Positions 50,725 to 64,000 of a stretch of DNA of 64,000 bases are shown here, piece by piece. The stretch covers positions 58,280,001 through 58,344,000 of the forward strand of contig OX597822.1 in assembly GCA_951406725.2 (NCBI GenBank), read 5' to 3'. The notes beneath the pieces are model-generated. The model made no database searches and was not told where the DNA came from. It saw only the letters and a program-made list of their open reading frames with translations. The stretch's first letter is position 1, and each line of letters begins with the position of its first letter. A program made the position numbers and the translations under genes. Origin of the DNA: Octopus vulgaris (taxonomy: Eukaryota).

Positions 50725-51140
50725 GATGCAAGCATGGCTGTGTGGGTAATAAATTTGCTTCGCAACCATATGGTTCCAGTTTCCGTCCCATGGTGCAGCA
50801 CTTTCAGCAAGTATCTTGTACTATTGTCCCAGGTTGACTAATGCAACGTGGATAATTCTATTAGAAGGAAACTGTACAAAACCAGTTGTGTGTGTGCACA
50901 TGCATGTGAGTATGACTGTTGACTTTCCATGCTTTCTCTTGTCATTGAGTACAACAGTATTATGATGGTGTACATTCCTTGTTGATATAATGAGCAGTCA
51001 CTCAGCAGTTTTGAAAACCTGTGGAATAAAATAAATCCCTCACTTGAATAAAACAGGTAAGGGTTGGTAACAAAACAAACATTTTTCTGTAAAATCTTGC
51101 CTCAAATAAATCCAAGCTCAATCCATGCTTGCACAGAAAA
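50725..51140 (+). mobile_element. SINE A head joined to RTE-type tail (family D); also 52090-52487 and 24185-24385(-); tail-only pieces 12880-13075, 23382-23510, 32650-32800, 40055-40240
   Basis: SINE A head and spacer followed by CAGGTRAGRGTTGGYAACAGGAAGGGCA...CCATGCAAGCA..GAAAA..GACATTAAAATGATGATG-type tail. Confidence 0.65.
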
Positions 51141-51608
51141 AATAAACAGCCAATAAACAAATGAAAATATTCAATACAATTCTTACCTTTAAATTTGAAA
51201 ATGCTAAAGTACCAGGTAACCCATATGAAAAAGAATAGCAGCATGCAATCATGAAAAATAGTGTAACCTACTACTTGTAGCCATTTACATCTGGTTCTGT
51301 CTCCATCCTGCTAAGACTTTATACTAATGAGAGAGCTTCTATGTGGTCACTTGACCTGCTAGAAACTAAAGCCAAAATGGCTTCTACCATCTGACAGAGG
51401 AATGAAATATTTGATAATGGGGCCCTAGATACACTGTATCAAAGAAAATTAGCAGATGGTCACAGCTGTAATGCCATTAGTCTTCTCAACCAGTTATGTC
51501 CTGGAGCTAAACAGTTACACCAAACCAAACCATTTTTATTTTGCAAAAGATTTCTTAACAATTCTTTCTTTAACACTGAACCTATAACTACTTGACTATA
51601 TTCTAATT

Positions 51609-51863
51609 CAATGGATCTCAACCAGGGTCTGTATGGTCCTTGGAAGTCCACACAAGATTTTATTGTCAAAATGTATCTGCAATAAATTGGTTATACTTCC
51701 ACAATACACAAAATATCTTAACATTTTTTTATACAATTCCTAATAATATTTGATAATAAAAATATAATAAGATTTTATTTAAACATCAAATGGCTACAAG
51801 GGTCCATCTGAGTGAAGCAGGACTTGGGGGTTCCATAGGAAAAAAAATAGTTGAGAACTACTG
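51609..51863. mobile_element. hAT-Charlie-type MITE
   Basis: CAATGGATCTCAACC ... AGTTGAGAACTACTG with 8-bp duplication TTCTAATT/TTCTAACT. Confidence 0.88.
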
Positions 51864-54800
51864 TTCTAACTTCTTTGTTTTTGTACATATGTTGTTATTG
51901 ATACTAATATCTAGCCATTGAAACAGCATCCTTCAGCTTTCTGTAAATTCATAGTTCACCCCAGATGATCACTCTATCTGGTAGTGATTGCCTGTTCACT
52001 GTCACAACAAACATGTACACCCATCTCTGCCACCACATCATTATCTGTTCTTGAATCAAAACACTGCACCATTTATACAATTTATCAAGGTTAAGAAGTT
52101 TACTTCCGAGTCATATGGTTTTGGGTTCAATCTCACTGAATGGCATGGCACCTTAGGCTAGTGTCTTCTACTATAGCCACAGGCCAACCAAAGATCTGCT
52201 AGTGAACCAAAGACTTGCTATTGTATATGCATGTGGTTACACACATATACAATAGGCTTCTTTCAGAATACTGAATGCACGTCTTTATCTTGACATGAAG
52301 GAATATTTATGAGTGTCCTGCATTTCCAGTTTTCTGTGAAAACATATCCAGTCATGGAGTAACATTACTTTGCTAGTAATCAGGTGAGAGTCAGCAACAG
52401 GAAGGGCAGCTGGCCTTAGAAAATTTGCTTCGATGGATTCTGTTTGACCCATGCAAGCAAGGAAAAAGAGACATTAAAATGATGATGGCATTGTTACATA
52501 CAGCAAAGTACCCCACACTGCATATATTACAAATCATAAAGGCTCTCTGTATTTACAACATTCAATCTACTGCATACCTTTTACAACATTCAATCTGCTG
52601 CATACCTTGAATGTGTCTGTTAATTAAAAGTTACTCACATGAGAAAGTATAAACTTATTATTCTTGCACATCTCGATTTGGTGAGATTGATGTGACTGAT
52701 ACTCAACCTAAACAACTGCAAGAAAAATAGTGTGGGTCTTGTCCGAATGCTTACAACACAAAGAATTCTGCTAAAGGCATAGAGGGACTAAGTGATGGCA
52801 TCATCAAATCAATCCTGCTAAAGCAGACCTATGATCAAAAAATTTCTTGCAGGGATCCTAACATTAAAAAAAAAACCCAACTTTTTTTATATAAGATTAT
52901 ATTATCCCTGTCTTTTCTGAAAGACAGTAGGGAGTGATTTTGGAGGAAGATTTAGCTGCTAGTTCTAGCAGACTTAGCAACCATGTAAAGGAAGCCTACC
53001 ACCCACAGACTTACTTTAATTACCACAAACTTTCTTTCCAAATTAAGTTTCTTTCTACATGGTTCAAGTATTTTCATCTTGCACTTTCTAATCACTAATC
53101 CTTGGAAAAGAGGAGGGCATATTTATCTGGAAAGATAGATTTGAGAGTGACTATATCTTAAATATTCTTAGCGTAGTGAGATATCTTAATCCTTTTTGAT
53201 ACCAACCCACCTAAGACCACCTCTGGTTCTTTGGTACAAAGTTTGCTCATTTGAAAGTACGGCTATTCATATCAAAACTTGCCATCATAAATTTTAACAT
53301 CAGCATGGTGTAGAAATGGATATAAAAGTTAATTAATCAACTAAATGCCTCCAAATTGTTGATTATTTTCATAATTAATTGACATGCAAAGGCAGTGAAT
53401 TTCATTAGAAATTTAGTTATAAAAGGCTAGGGAGAGGGGAAGAGGGGGAGGGAGGGAGAGAGTAAATGTAAATTGCTTATTCTTTATTGATGAAAATGTA
53501 GATGTGCTCCACAAGAGGTCCAAATAAACCCACGCAAAAGTGCAACACATAACTATGCAATTTAGCTTGTTTTTTTTTTTGCCTTAACAGATAAAACTGA
53601 ACTGTGACAAATATTTTCTGGAAAAAGATTTCCTTCACAAAACATTTAAAGAATAAACGCTTTATTTTATAAAGACTTCACACCAATTTCTACACTTCCT
53701 CTGAAATACCCAAAGTTAAGGGGAGGAAAAAAAGAATTTAATAGAGTAGAGAGAAGTAAATAAAAAATAAGAATCCTCATAATAATAGGCTTTTTTTTTT
53801 CTTTTTGAAACATAATGAAGAAATAGATAAGAATTTATCAGCTGTCCCTTTTGCGGCTTTCTGCAAAGATTTCCTGTTAGATATTTCTTAAGTGAATTTC
53901 GTTTGTTTTTTGTTGTTTCTTTTTCTTCATGTTTTATATATTTTTAAAATGAGACCGGAAAGAAAAAGCATCATTGTTTTTTAATGTATATGTGTATGTA
54001 TGTGCAAATATATATATTTATATATATATACACACACACAGGCACACTATATGAACAGACACACAGATACATATATGTATATGTATGTATATTTAGTCCT
54101 TTTCACAGGGGAAACACAAAACAGAAAGGGAAAAAAAAAAGCTTTTGAAAGTCAAAAGAAAACCAGCAGTAAGCTCGGGCCCCTCCACCAACGGCAAGGC
54201 GGACAGCTCTGGGAGGAGAATTTCTCACTACAGTTTTAAAGTGATTCTTATTTACTTCTTAAATGTTTCAAAAACCTTAGGATCTATTGGGGGTTACTAA
54301 TAGGGAGAACAACATTTTCTTTGTCACCTAACGTGTGTGGCTATGTATGTAATGCATAAGTGTGGGGATCAGAGAAGAGAAAGAGAGGAAAGAATAGTGA
54401 CTCATGGCCTTTGTAGACCTTCACAGAATGGTGAAATTGCACAGCTGATGCCAATTTTGAATAGGTTTGGTGGAAATTCAGGTGCAAATCATAATTTTAA
54501 AAAAAATTTTTTTTTTTTTTAAGGTTTTTATTACTAGTTCACTAGGTATATGATGGTAAGTATAACAAGGAAACATCACAACAACTAGGACAGAACAAAC
54601 ATCACACAAAGGTACTTTTTTTCTTGCCAATGTTTACATCTTTCAACAATAAATATGCCTGCAAAAGATCAAGTGCCTTCTTAGGCATCAGTAGTTGCAT
54701 GTGTGGTCCTGTATGTAGAACAGCATTACACCACTTCATATATGTACGCACACACACAATTATCATTACCATTTAATGTCCAATTTTTTCCAAGCTGGCT

Positions 54801-57800
54801 TGGTTTAGATAGGTTTCACAATGCCTTGCTACCTGTCATAACCCCTTGATATCTGGTACTAAAGCAACAGGGTTTAAGGGTAAACTACCAATTTGATCTA
54901 TGATATGAACTCTCAGTAATTCTTGATCTTTCTGATTCACTTCTTACTCCATTTTCTTGTGTTTCATTTTATCCTCTTTCAGTTATTTTCACCTTAAGTT
55001 GTGCTTTGTTTTACAGCGTGCCCTCTCTCCAATTCACATCAAGCACTGACCTCTTCAGAAGTGTCATCTTGATATGAAGAAGTTTTCTTTCTCTCCCCAC
55101 CCCTTTTTTTAAGAATCAGTTTTACTTGTTAAATAGTTGGAAACTCATCTTTTCATTTCTTGCATTCATTCACTTTGCTCTTCACTTTTCTCACACATTT
55201 CATCATTTCTTTTTCTAGCTCTATAGTTGCCCCTCTCCAAACTTCAATCAAAACTGCTTTCACATCATCTCATCACTCACACCACCACCATCAGCAACAA
55301 CAACACAGACACACTGATATCATACAAATTTGGTCTCTCTGCAGCTTTCATTCTCTCAATACTTCTATTATTATAACATGTTACACTCTAATTTTTATTC
55401 TCTATTGTGAAACTTTATCATTCTTCTTTCCACCTCTCTTTTACTCAGGCTATTTCTTCTCTCACTTTTTCTTCTAACTTTCCTTGCATTTCACTGTCTG
55501 TTCACCTGACTGCCTGTTTTGCTTGCTGGTTGACTGTTGGATAATCAATGTTCCAACCTATCTATTTCTCTACCTTTTCTAATACTGTTATTCTTTCTTC
55601 CACTTGTCTCATCATAGCCATTTATTTTCACTTCCACTTTCATACAATGTAACAAAAAAGGGAAGCCAGCTAACAAAAAAAAAAAAAAAGTGCGGGTGTG
55701 TGTGTGTGTGTGGACTGGTGCATATCATTGGGCTTTTCATAGTATTGATCAAAAAATGGGTATTAAGTATATTCCCAAAATATTAATTGTGATGCCATTC
55801 TACAAAAGAACCATGTGGTTGGGAAGCAAGCTTTGTACCACTCAGCCACACCTGTGTGGTACTTTTTAATTGACTCTCAGAGTTAGGAAAAACAATGTCA
55901 ACCAAGGCAGGATTTGAACTCAAAATGTAAGTTTAAGAAAGACAACATTTATTGTGTAGAACTAAACAACAGGTCAATGACTTAGAAACCCTTCCACAGT
56001 AAACATTGTACTGGCACTGTTTACTCAATGGAACAATAGTTTGAATCAATCTAGTTTGGCTAAACAGCTGTCAGTTGGACATCACAGATACTGTCATGTT
56101 AGGAATGGAACGAAATTATAAAACTATAAACAGTTCTTCTAGAAAAACATCTTCATTTTTACAACTAATCAATAATCATTACTAATATGCGCAACAACAA
56201 AAAACCCACCACCACCACTTTTTTTGTTACTGTAAATGTCACTGCTGTTACTTTTATTCCCTTCTTTATTCTTACATTTGCTTTGCTCTCCTTTAGTTTT
56301 CACACACTCGCTAATATATTTTTACTTCTCTCTACAGTTTTCCTGCTCCAATCAAAATCTACCTTCACCTCTTCTTTTCATTTCACATAGTTTTCCCACA
56401 CCACACACCGACAGACTTTGACATCAAAAAAGAATTTTACTCTCTCCTTTTCTCTCTCTCTCTCTCACATTCTCTTCACCATTTGCTCACTCTCTTTACA
56501 AATGTTATATAACAATGATCACCATCATTGATAAACCATTTGTTTTTCCATGATAGCCAACATAATTTGGATTGGTCTGCAGTAGAACAAATTGCTGCTC
56601 ATCTCAAATAAATAAACGAGTAATACAGATGTTGATTAATGAGACTAATTAGATAATGTATTCCTTTGTCAGCTTAATGTGTCTGCTTGTCTGAGATTTA
56701 CTTTGAGAAATTAATCCGTCATTTTACTTGGCACAATTTCATTTACTCTGAAGAACAAAGAAGACAACATCAGGAGTAAAATAAGCAGAGTGGATTCATC
56801 TTTAGTTTTCATTTATTTGTTTCTTAATAGCTTCCATTAATTACTGACCACATCATAATTTGTACTATCATCACCACAGCCAACTCCACAACCATCTTTG
56901 TTTCATCCTACAGGTTTCAAAAAAGATCTTAACTTTACAAAGAGGAAAAATTACCATTGCTTATGATATAGTTTATGGTAGAACATAAGTGTCACAATAT
57001 AACAAAAATGCACCTACACCATTGTGAAAACACACAATTTTATACAAAACATACTAAATTACAGTGCATTATAATAAATATGTCACAACATCCTATTATA
57101 AACAACACATTACACTACATCACATACTACACAAAATATCACCCTAGATTTTACTATACAACACATACATCTCAATAATCTTATTCTGATTAACCTCTGA
57201 ACAGTGTAAGAATATCTCTAACAAAAAATGAGTTAGCTAGCCAACTTAATGTGGTTAGATGTGTAAAAACATAAAGGAATGTGAAAAGTCTCTACTAATT
57301 CCATGAAAGTAGACGGATTTCAACCACAGAACCAGACTTCTCATTAATAATTTGTTATTAAGCTTTTTTAATTAGAATACAGTGCTATCCCCAAAACTGG
57401 TGTTATCAATTTACATAGGTGGGAGGTAGAAAAAATAATAGAAAGGAAATAAATAGGGAGATGTTGGTGATGGTGGCATATCTATCATTTAAGAGTAAGT
57501 AGTATTTGAAATGGAGGTGATGGTGGCAGTAGTGAAAGTAGTAGATTCTGTGGTTGTAATGAAGATGATGATGATGATGATGAAGAAGATAGTGGTAATG
57601 CAGTGGTAGTAAAAAATATTGTTTTTATCAATTTATATGGTTTGGAGCTAAGATAGATTTGCAAATTCATCTAATTCCAATGAAGTACTCTTATGACTGA
57701 ATGCAAATTGATATAATCACAAGCTAGGAAGACTAAAGAGTCTTGCAGCCCATGATTTTGGAGACAAACCATTAAATGACATAGAAAATGCTGGGTAACT

Positions 57801-58140
57801 CATACTCAAACACTACCATGACATATATTTCTACACTACAATATCACCAGAAAAGATTAAATATGGTTTCAATCACTGAACTGATTGATCATTGTGATAT
57901 ACAATGTTCCAAATAATTTTATGCAGTTAAAATTTGCCAGATCTTGCTAACCACTCTGCAATACAGTTCATTTATTACTTAGTTGTATTACAATGCATTC
58001 AACAAATCATACAGCAAACACCCCATCAGACTGAAGAAGATACCAATAAGCCTACAAATTGTTTATTGTGTCAGTCATAACATGTTAAATAAGCTTTCAC
58101 AAGATGAACTATTTAGCTATCAAGTTGTATGATGTTTTAA

Positions 58141-59783
58141 CACTTTAGTGTTCAGACTGACCAAAATCACTAAAAAAAAAATAAACAAATCACATTACTG
58201 AATTCTTGTAGCTTTGAGATTATGTAAGATAAAGCCTTTCCTGTCTTTATTCAAGTAAAAATAAATTTTGAAACTTCTTGGGTTTTTTTCAATGTTTGAA
58301 GAGAAATGTATATCTTAGTTTTTAATGATATGGCATCAGCAAGTAGCGATTCCTACTTTGATGCTGTACAAAATATAAATGAAAACAACAGTGATAAGTC
58401 TTAGGACGAATCTGATATTGATATTTATGAATCTTTGTCAGACCATAATGAAAGTGATGAAAATGATACTGAAAACATGATGGCAACATGGTTGAAGATT
58501 ACTACAAGCACAATTCCCAATTCCACAGAAAAGACTAGTTCACAACAGAGTCTACCTGTTTTTATTTCTACCAAAAAGTTTTTTGAAACAGTTGTGAAGG
58601 AAACAAATAAACCTGCTGAATGCATAATTTCTATATGTAGAAGACCCAATCCACCACTATGGCAGCCAACTGATACTGCGAAAATGCAAGTTTTTTTTTT
58701 ACTATAAACATTGTTTGATATCAAGCAGCTTTCTCAACTGTGGAACTACTGGAGTCCTGATATAAGGTATAATGATCCATATATCTCCAGCTTTATGTCT
58801 AGCTATAGTTAATTCATATACTGTTTATGTAAAAAGGTACAAGATACCTCTGCCACCAAGAAACTATGACCATTTCAAATTTCAAGTTGACACTGCATCT
58901 CAGTTATGTGAAGATATTTTTTTTCCAGAAAGCACAGAACTGGGAGAAAAGCAAACTTAACTTAGGTGGATGTCAACAAAGAAAATATTGACTTCCATAA
59001 AGTGGAAAAAATAAATAGGACAAAAAAGCTTGCAGACTATGTTCACTGCAAAAACAAAAACTGCAAAAGGGTGTTAGGTTAAGACTTCAACTTCATATAT
59101 GTGTTCATTTTGCAAAGGTGCCTTTGTGTAAAGGATGCTTTGAACAGTTTCACAATAGAAATATAGCATAACTATACTTTGTTGTTTGATAGTAATACCA
59201 TATATACCTTTCATTTTATTACAAATAATATGCGAAAGTGAGAAATGCATATTAATTTTCAGTATGTTACACACTTGTATTCACCTTTGTCTCACCTGTT
59301 AATGAGCTTTTTTTTTTATTAGATGCATTCTGTTAGGCAAATGCATTCATTAAATTGTATAAGAGTACATAACCAATGGTATATTGACTAGTAAAAGAGA
59401 ATTGTACTTTATTTTCAAGGAAAATATTTTGAATGAAATATAGAGGAATAATAAAATCACCAATTATACCTGTATTTTAATTAATTCAAATTAATGTACC
59501 TCATCTTGAAAAGTGGCTAAATTGTTGGCAGTTGACATCTGGGGTAATTTTAGTAACAAATCAGACTGGTAAGATGCATTAAGAATTTAAATTTTAGTGT
59601 TTATCCATAATGTTACTGCTTTTACACCTGTTAATTAAAGTTACCTACCCATAAAAGTCAAATTTAATCAGAAAGATCGGCTAAAATTACAGAACTATAA
59701 ACCATTAGTATATAAGCACCCACTGACAAAATTTCAAACCACTATGTAAAAAAGTTTGAAAAATTAATCTGAACACTAAAGGG
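58141..59783 (+). mobile_element. piggyBac transposon, internally deleted, TIRs intact
   Basis: TTAA|CACTTTAGTGTTCAGA ... TCTGAACACTAAAGGG|TTAA (15/16); acidic N-terminus, FFETVVKETNK..WQPTDTAKMQVFF..WNYWS, then jump to HFKFQVD and Cys-rich end VPLCKGCFEQFH; DDD core missing. Confidence 0.9.
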
Positions 59784-59999
59784 TTAAAATGATGTTGCAC
59801 TATAACAATCATGTCATCTCTCTATTATTCTAGGCCCAGAAAGAATGGATAAGAGGGGAGGAACAAGGAATGATACCTAGTAGTTAAAAGAGAAGCTAGA
59901 CATCAGATATAAACATAGCAAGACAGACTCAGATGCATGAAACATTCAGGGTCACAAATAATCAGTCTGAACCAGGACATCATTGAAAAAGTATCCGCA

Positions 60000-61200
60000 G
60001 ACTTTCTGTTGCTAATGAACAATATAGAAAGAGGCTAGGAAATGTTACAGATGGCTGTAAAATGAAGATAATGCATGGCAGAGAGGGACCATTCCTAGTT
60101 GAAGCAACAGAAGTACCAGCTATTGAATCAGATAGCTTTTTGGTTGAAAGAGCCATTGTGAAAAGGTGTTGACATGTTGAAGATATCTGATGAAATAGGA
60201 CATATCAAAATCAATCAAGTTGTAACAGGAAGATGTTATCCCTAACAACTGCCATAGTAATTGCTTCAAAGGCAAAAAAAAAAAAAAAAAAAAAGAAAAA
60301 AAAAGATGCTCTAGAGAGAGGCAACTAGAGAAACAACACAAAATTGACAGACCAAGTTATGAAAGTAGCAGAAATTTTGTTTCTAATTAAGTACAGCTAA
60401 TTAAAAACAGAATTAGCTCAGATAAAATTCACTTCAAGTTTGCACCAGAATAAGATAAAACTAAGGATCACTTCTGATTGGAACAGTTGCAGGAGTTCTA
60501 AGCTAAAAGAAAGCCAATATCCATCAATCAGGAGGTCTTTGATTGGGGGTTTACACAGTCAGAAGTCTGGTAGCCAGTAAGAAAACAGAGCAGAGTTGAC
60601 TTGTAAGAACAATGCAAGCTATGTACAGAGGTGCTTCTAGGAAAGACAGAGTCAGAAATTAGGTCTGTAAGAAAATTAGTATGCAGGCAGGTGTTCATCA
60701 GGAGCTCAGTTCCAGACCATAATGGAAGCATTCAACACAGGCTGTCCATGAGGACTGTATACCAACAACTTAAGTTTTCATAGCTTAATTAATAAGTAAA
60801 TCTAATACAGAAGATTTAGTTAAAAGATTAGAACCATATTGGATATCTGGAAAGTGGATATGCTCAATGAGCAGGCAATGTATAGATACAAATTATATAC
60901 TGTGTACTTAGTGTAAACTATGGGCACACAAGAGAAGCACTAAGATCACAAGAAAACAGCAAGTAGACTATGTATGTGGCACATGTACTGAAACAGTTAG
61001 CAGGAAGAGTACATATAAAATATATTGCCTCAAATACCCAGAAGACTTCTTACAAGTACTTAACAGCTACTGTTACTGAGGTAGTTTAATCAAGTAGTGG
61101 AGGTGGAGCCAGAGTAAAAATAGTTGGGAACAATTCAGGAAGCTATTAACACTGCTGGTAGCAAAGAACTCTTTCCACTATTTACTGCATTGGGCCTTGG
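60000..61200 (-). mobile_element. Old L2/CR1 LINE remnants
   Basis: Weak APE-like LNASIMVW..APDE segment near 60700 and thumb-like pieces; heavily decayed. Confidence 0.4.
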
Positions 61201-62109
61201 ATGAATATGTGAATACTCAGGTTGCTAGAGATAGTCACCAAATCTTGAATCACACCTCACAGTCTCACCAAAAGAAGAAATACGCTCAATAACATGGTCC
61301 TAAATATGTTGTATTTGAATAAAAACAAAGTGGTCATAACTGAAAGATTTGTAATCACAGGTCTGCTCAATGTATGCTTAGTAGCCCTTTGTATATATAA
61401 TGACATTTTTAGCATCCCTTTTCATAGAACCAACTGATGCATTCCTACATATCTAATGGATTTTATTACCTAGGAAGGGCCAAGAGTAACCTAGTCTAGT
61501 GGACAGGGATTAAAGAAAGGGCAACACCAAGCCAAGTGTTAAATGTATTTTGATTTGAAGGAACACTTAGCTATTCTGTTAAAGCTTGATAGGTAGCACA
61601 TGAAGAAGGGGGTTAAAACATTTATTTTGTCTTCTAGCCACCACCACCCTTACTTCCCCTACAGCAGTATTTCAGAAACTGGACAAACAGGTTCTATCCA
61701 AGTAGATGGACAAATTAGATAATTAGTACTCTCTTATACATAAACACACAGACAGCTGTAAAAAAATTACACATTCTTACAAACAAGGACATATACAGAA
61801 CCATAAACATTAACACTTTCTTGCATACACATGCAAAATTGTAAATAATTTAAAATAGAGAAGGAGAAATGAGGAAAAGAGAAAGAATTCATTCATAAAA
61901 AATATTTAATTTATAGTTTTGGTAATGGGTTAAGAAACTGCTGTAGTCACTACTTTATCCAAGAAGATGTCAGCATATTACCATGTTTATTAATGATTTA
62001 CATTAAGGAACTCAAAGGTTTCAGCAGGGGTGCTGCCCACCATCGCCACCACCACTACTGTTGTTGTTGCTGTAAATAATCAACAATTACTGATCTGCAG
62101 AACAGTAAT

Positions 62110-62330
62110 GGGCTTATAGGTAAAAATCAACAGAAACATTTTGTTTGTAATAAATTCATTTTCTACTTTTTCTCCTTCCTTGATCTCAGGTGACAGCTCA
62201 GATTCTTTACTATCTCTGTGCCTATCAATGAACTTATTGGTCTCTCTCTTATGGACTAATACCTGCCAACAGAGAACATCACCATTTTCTTTGGATTCAA
62301 GCCCAAATATATTATTGTACATGCCAAAAA
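62110..62330 (+). mobile_element. Old LINE RT remnant
   Basis: VKIN...SQ.DSSDSLLSL..INEL resembles V.ING...PQGS.L.PLLF...INDL. Confidence 0.35.
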
Positions 62331-63687
62331 GGAAGCATCTATGTGGCTGACCTGCTAGAAAGAGCAACCACCGCACCCCCAAATCACCCTCTGCTATTTG
62401 AAGAGGTGAAAAAAATGTGATAAAAATGTTGCCAGAAAGAATTACAAGAGCAGGCCAAGTCAACCAGCAGGAGACCCAGGGGTAGACTAAGAATGAAATG
62501 GTTGGTCATGCTTGGAAATCTAGTCTAATGGCAGTTGCTTCCAATAGGACCACATGAAGGAAATGCTTGAGGACTTTACTCCTATGATACCCTGGGAATA
62601 GTAAGCAGAGAAGATGGATAAATGGAAGAAATTTTAAAGAATACTGTCCTTGATATCCCCTTTAAAAAATACTGGATGGTTAAGGTTAGAATACCTCTAA
62701 TTATAGATCTGCTTAATCAGGGATAACAACATTCAAACAATGCATTGTTGTTATAACATTTATACTAATGTGTGTAAAGACAAGAGACCCCGTTAAATTT
62801 ATCTTCAAAATAGTTTTAGTGAATGAGAAATGGCTAATGTGAGTGAAACTCCTGACACTGTTGCAATTCCTTCTAACCTGATATTTTATCTCACTCTCAG
62901 CACAGATAATCTGATAGAAACAAAATGGACTATTTCCCCTAATCCATCTTGCCATCCACAACCATCCAGGCAATTGGACACAAGTATGTCTAGGACTATT
63001 ATCCAATTTGTTCTTTCTTTTTTTAGTTCAGTAGTGTGTGATTTATGCAAGACTTGACTACTATTTCTCACAAGTTGAATAACTACATTTTGTTGTTTCT
63101 GGACAGAACACTTTACAGTACCTCACTTAACTCAGTTCTTAGTAGAAATGGGTACCAGATCTGTTAAAGAGAGTGGCTATGTAAAGTTAAGATGTGATAA
63201 ACAATTACCTTGGCCAGGAGAAAAATGTTATTCTCATCTACTTAATACTATGAAATCAGAGCTAACAAATTGGCTCTTAAAAGTTCATTATGGCCAAGGA
63301 GAGAATCTGCATTGAATATGATAGGTTTTATGTTTACCAAAGGAAGCAATGGAGTAAAAGAAATTTTTTTGCTGACTTTCTGTTTGTACTATGAATCATT
63401 TTTACAGATGGACATCTTTTTCACTGCTAATGTTACTCATGATAAGATGAGATGAATTAAAATGTGTTTTAGAGGTTTGTATTTATAGATCTTTATTGAT
63501 CAGCCTCTCATTTGCTTTAGCATTTTATGCCATTTCTCAGAAAACTGTACATTAATCATTAGAGCATTCATCTTTAAACTTAGACATCTTTGTTTAATGT
63601 TAGCTACAACTGCAAATGAAACCTATTTGTCAATCAGACAGACAAATGAACAGTCATGCATCTTGCTCAAAAGCACAAGGTAAATGG

Positions 63688-63800
63688 CTACTATTACACT
63701 TTCTAGCATACAAGTCACATTTTTCGGATCAAAATTTTCAGTTAAACAAAGGGAGGTCAACTTATATACGAAGATGGCTGTGAAGGACGAAAAAAAAAAT
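63688..63800. mobile_element. Possible left end of a pogo/Tigger-like MITE
   Basis: CATACAAGTCACATTTTT...GGGAGGTCAACTTATATACG resembles the organisation of the 8401 element end. Confidence 0.35.
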
Positions 63801-64000
63801 ATGCATATGAAATGCAGCATAATTTGTAAGCAACATTGATGTTTGAATATTTACACTATATACTCTATCAACTCATAAGCCAGAAAATACAATAGAAAGA
63901 TTTTAACTCATGACTATATAATAGTCAAGCACCATGACATAATAGCAACTGTTCATGACTGAAGATGGAAAATAGTGCCTTATTTCCATATTTAAGGTTT

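Noticed and set aside
63955-63995. CTGAAGA followed by a TGGAAAATA/TATTTCCA stem, possible hammerhead
   Set aside because: No GAAA after stem II, and the window ends before the context can be judged.

Overview
AT-rich, repeat-saturated animal genomic DNA with no intact protein-coding gene that I can support. The repeat complement (several tRNA-derived SINE families, abundant (TA)n/(ATT)n/(GAT)n microsatellites, RTE and CR1 LINE relics) is what I recall from octopus genomes; the taxon is an inference. The window holds decayed CR1, RTE, L2/CR1 and probably Penelope-like retroelements, at least six SINE or SINE-like families, a DD41D (rosa-type) Tc1/mariner relic, a mariner N-terminal relic, an internally deleted piggyBac with two TTAA-MITE families, hAT and pogo-like MITEs, a non-autonomous Helitron, a DINE-1-like Helentron derivative and a 100-N assembly gap. 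Most noteworthy: (1) a tRNA-headed SINE whose 3' part carries a Penelope-type minimal hammerhead-ribozyme core; (2) in-window evidence that the dominant SINE shares its tail with the local CR1 LINE and also occurs with an RTE-type tail; (3) a probable frameshifted class-A GPCR relic at the left edge; (4) a few isolated exon-like segments suggesting the window may lie inside a large intron or lncRNA. Coordinates of decayed repeats are approximate.
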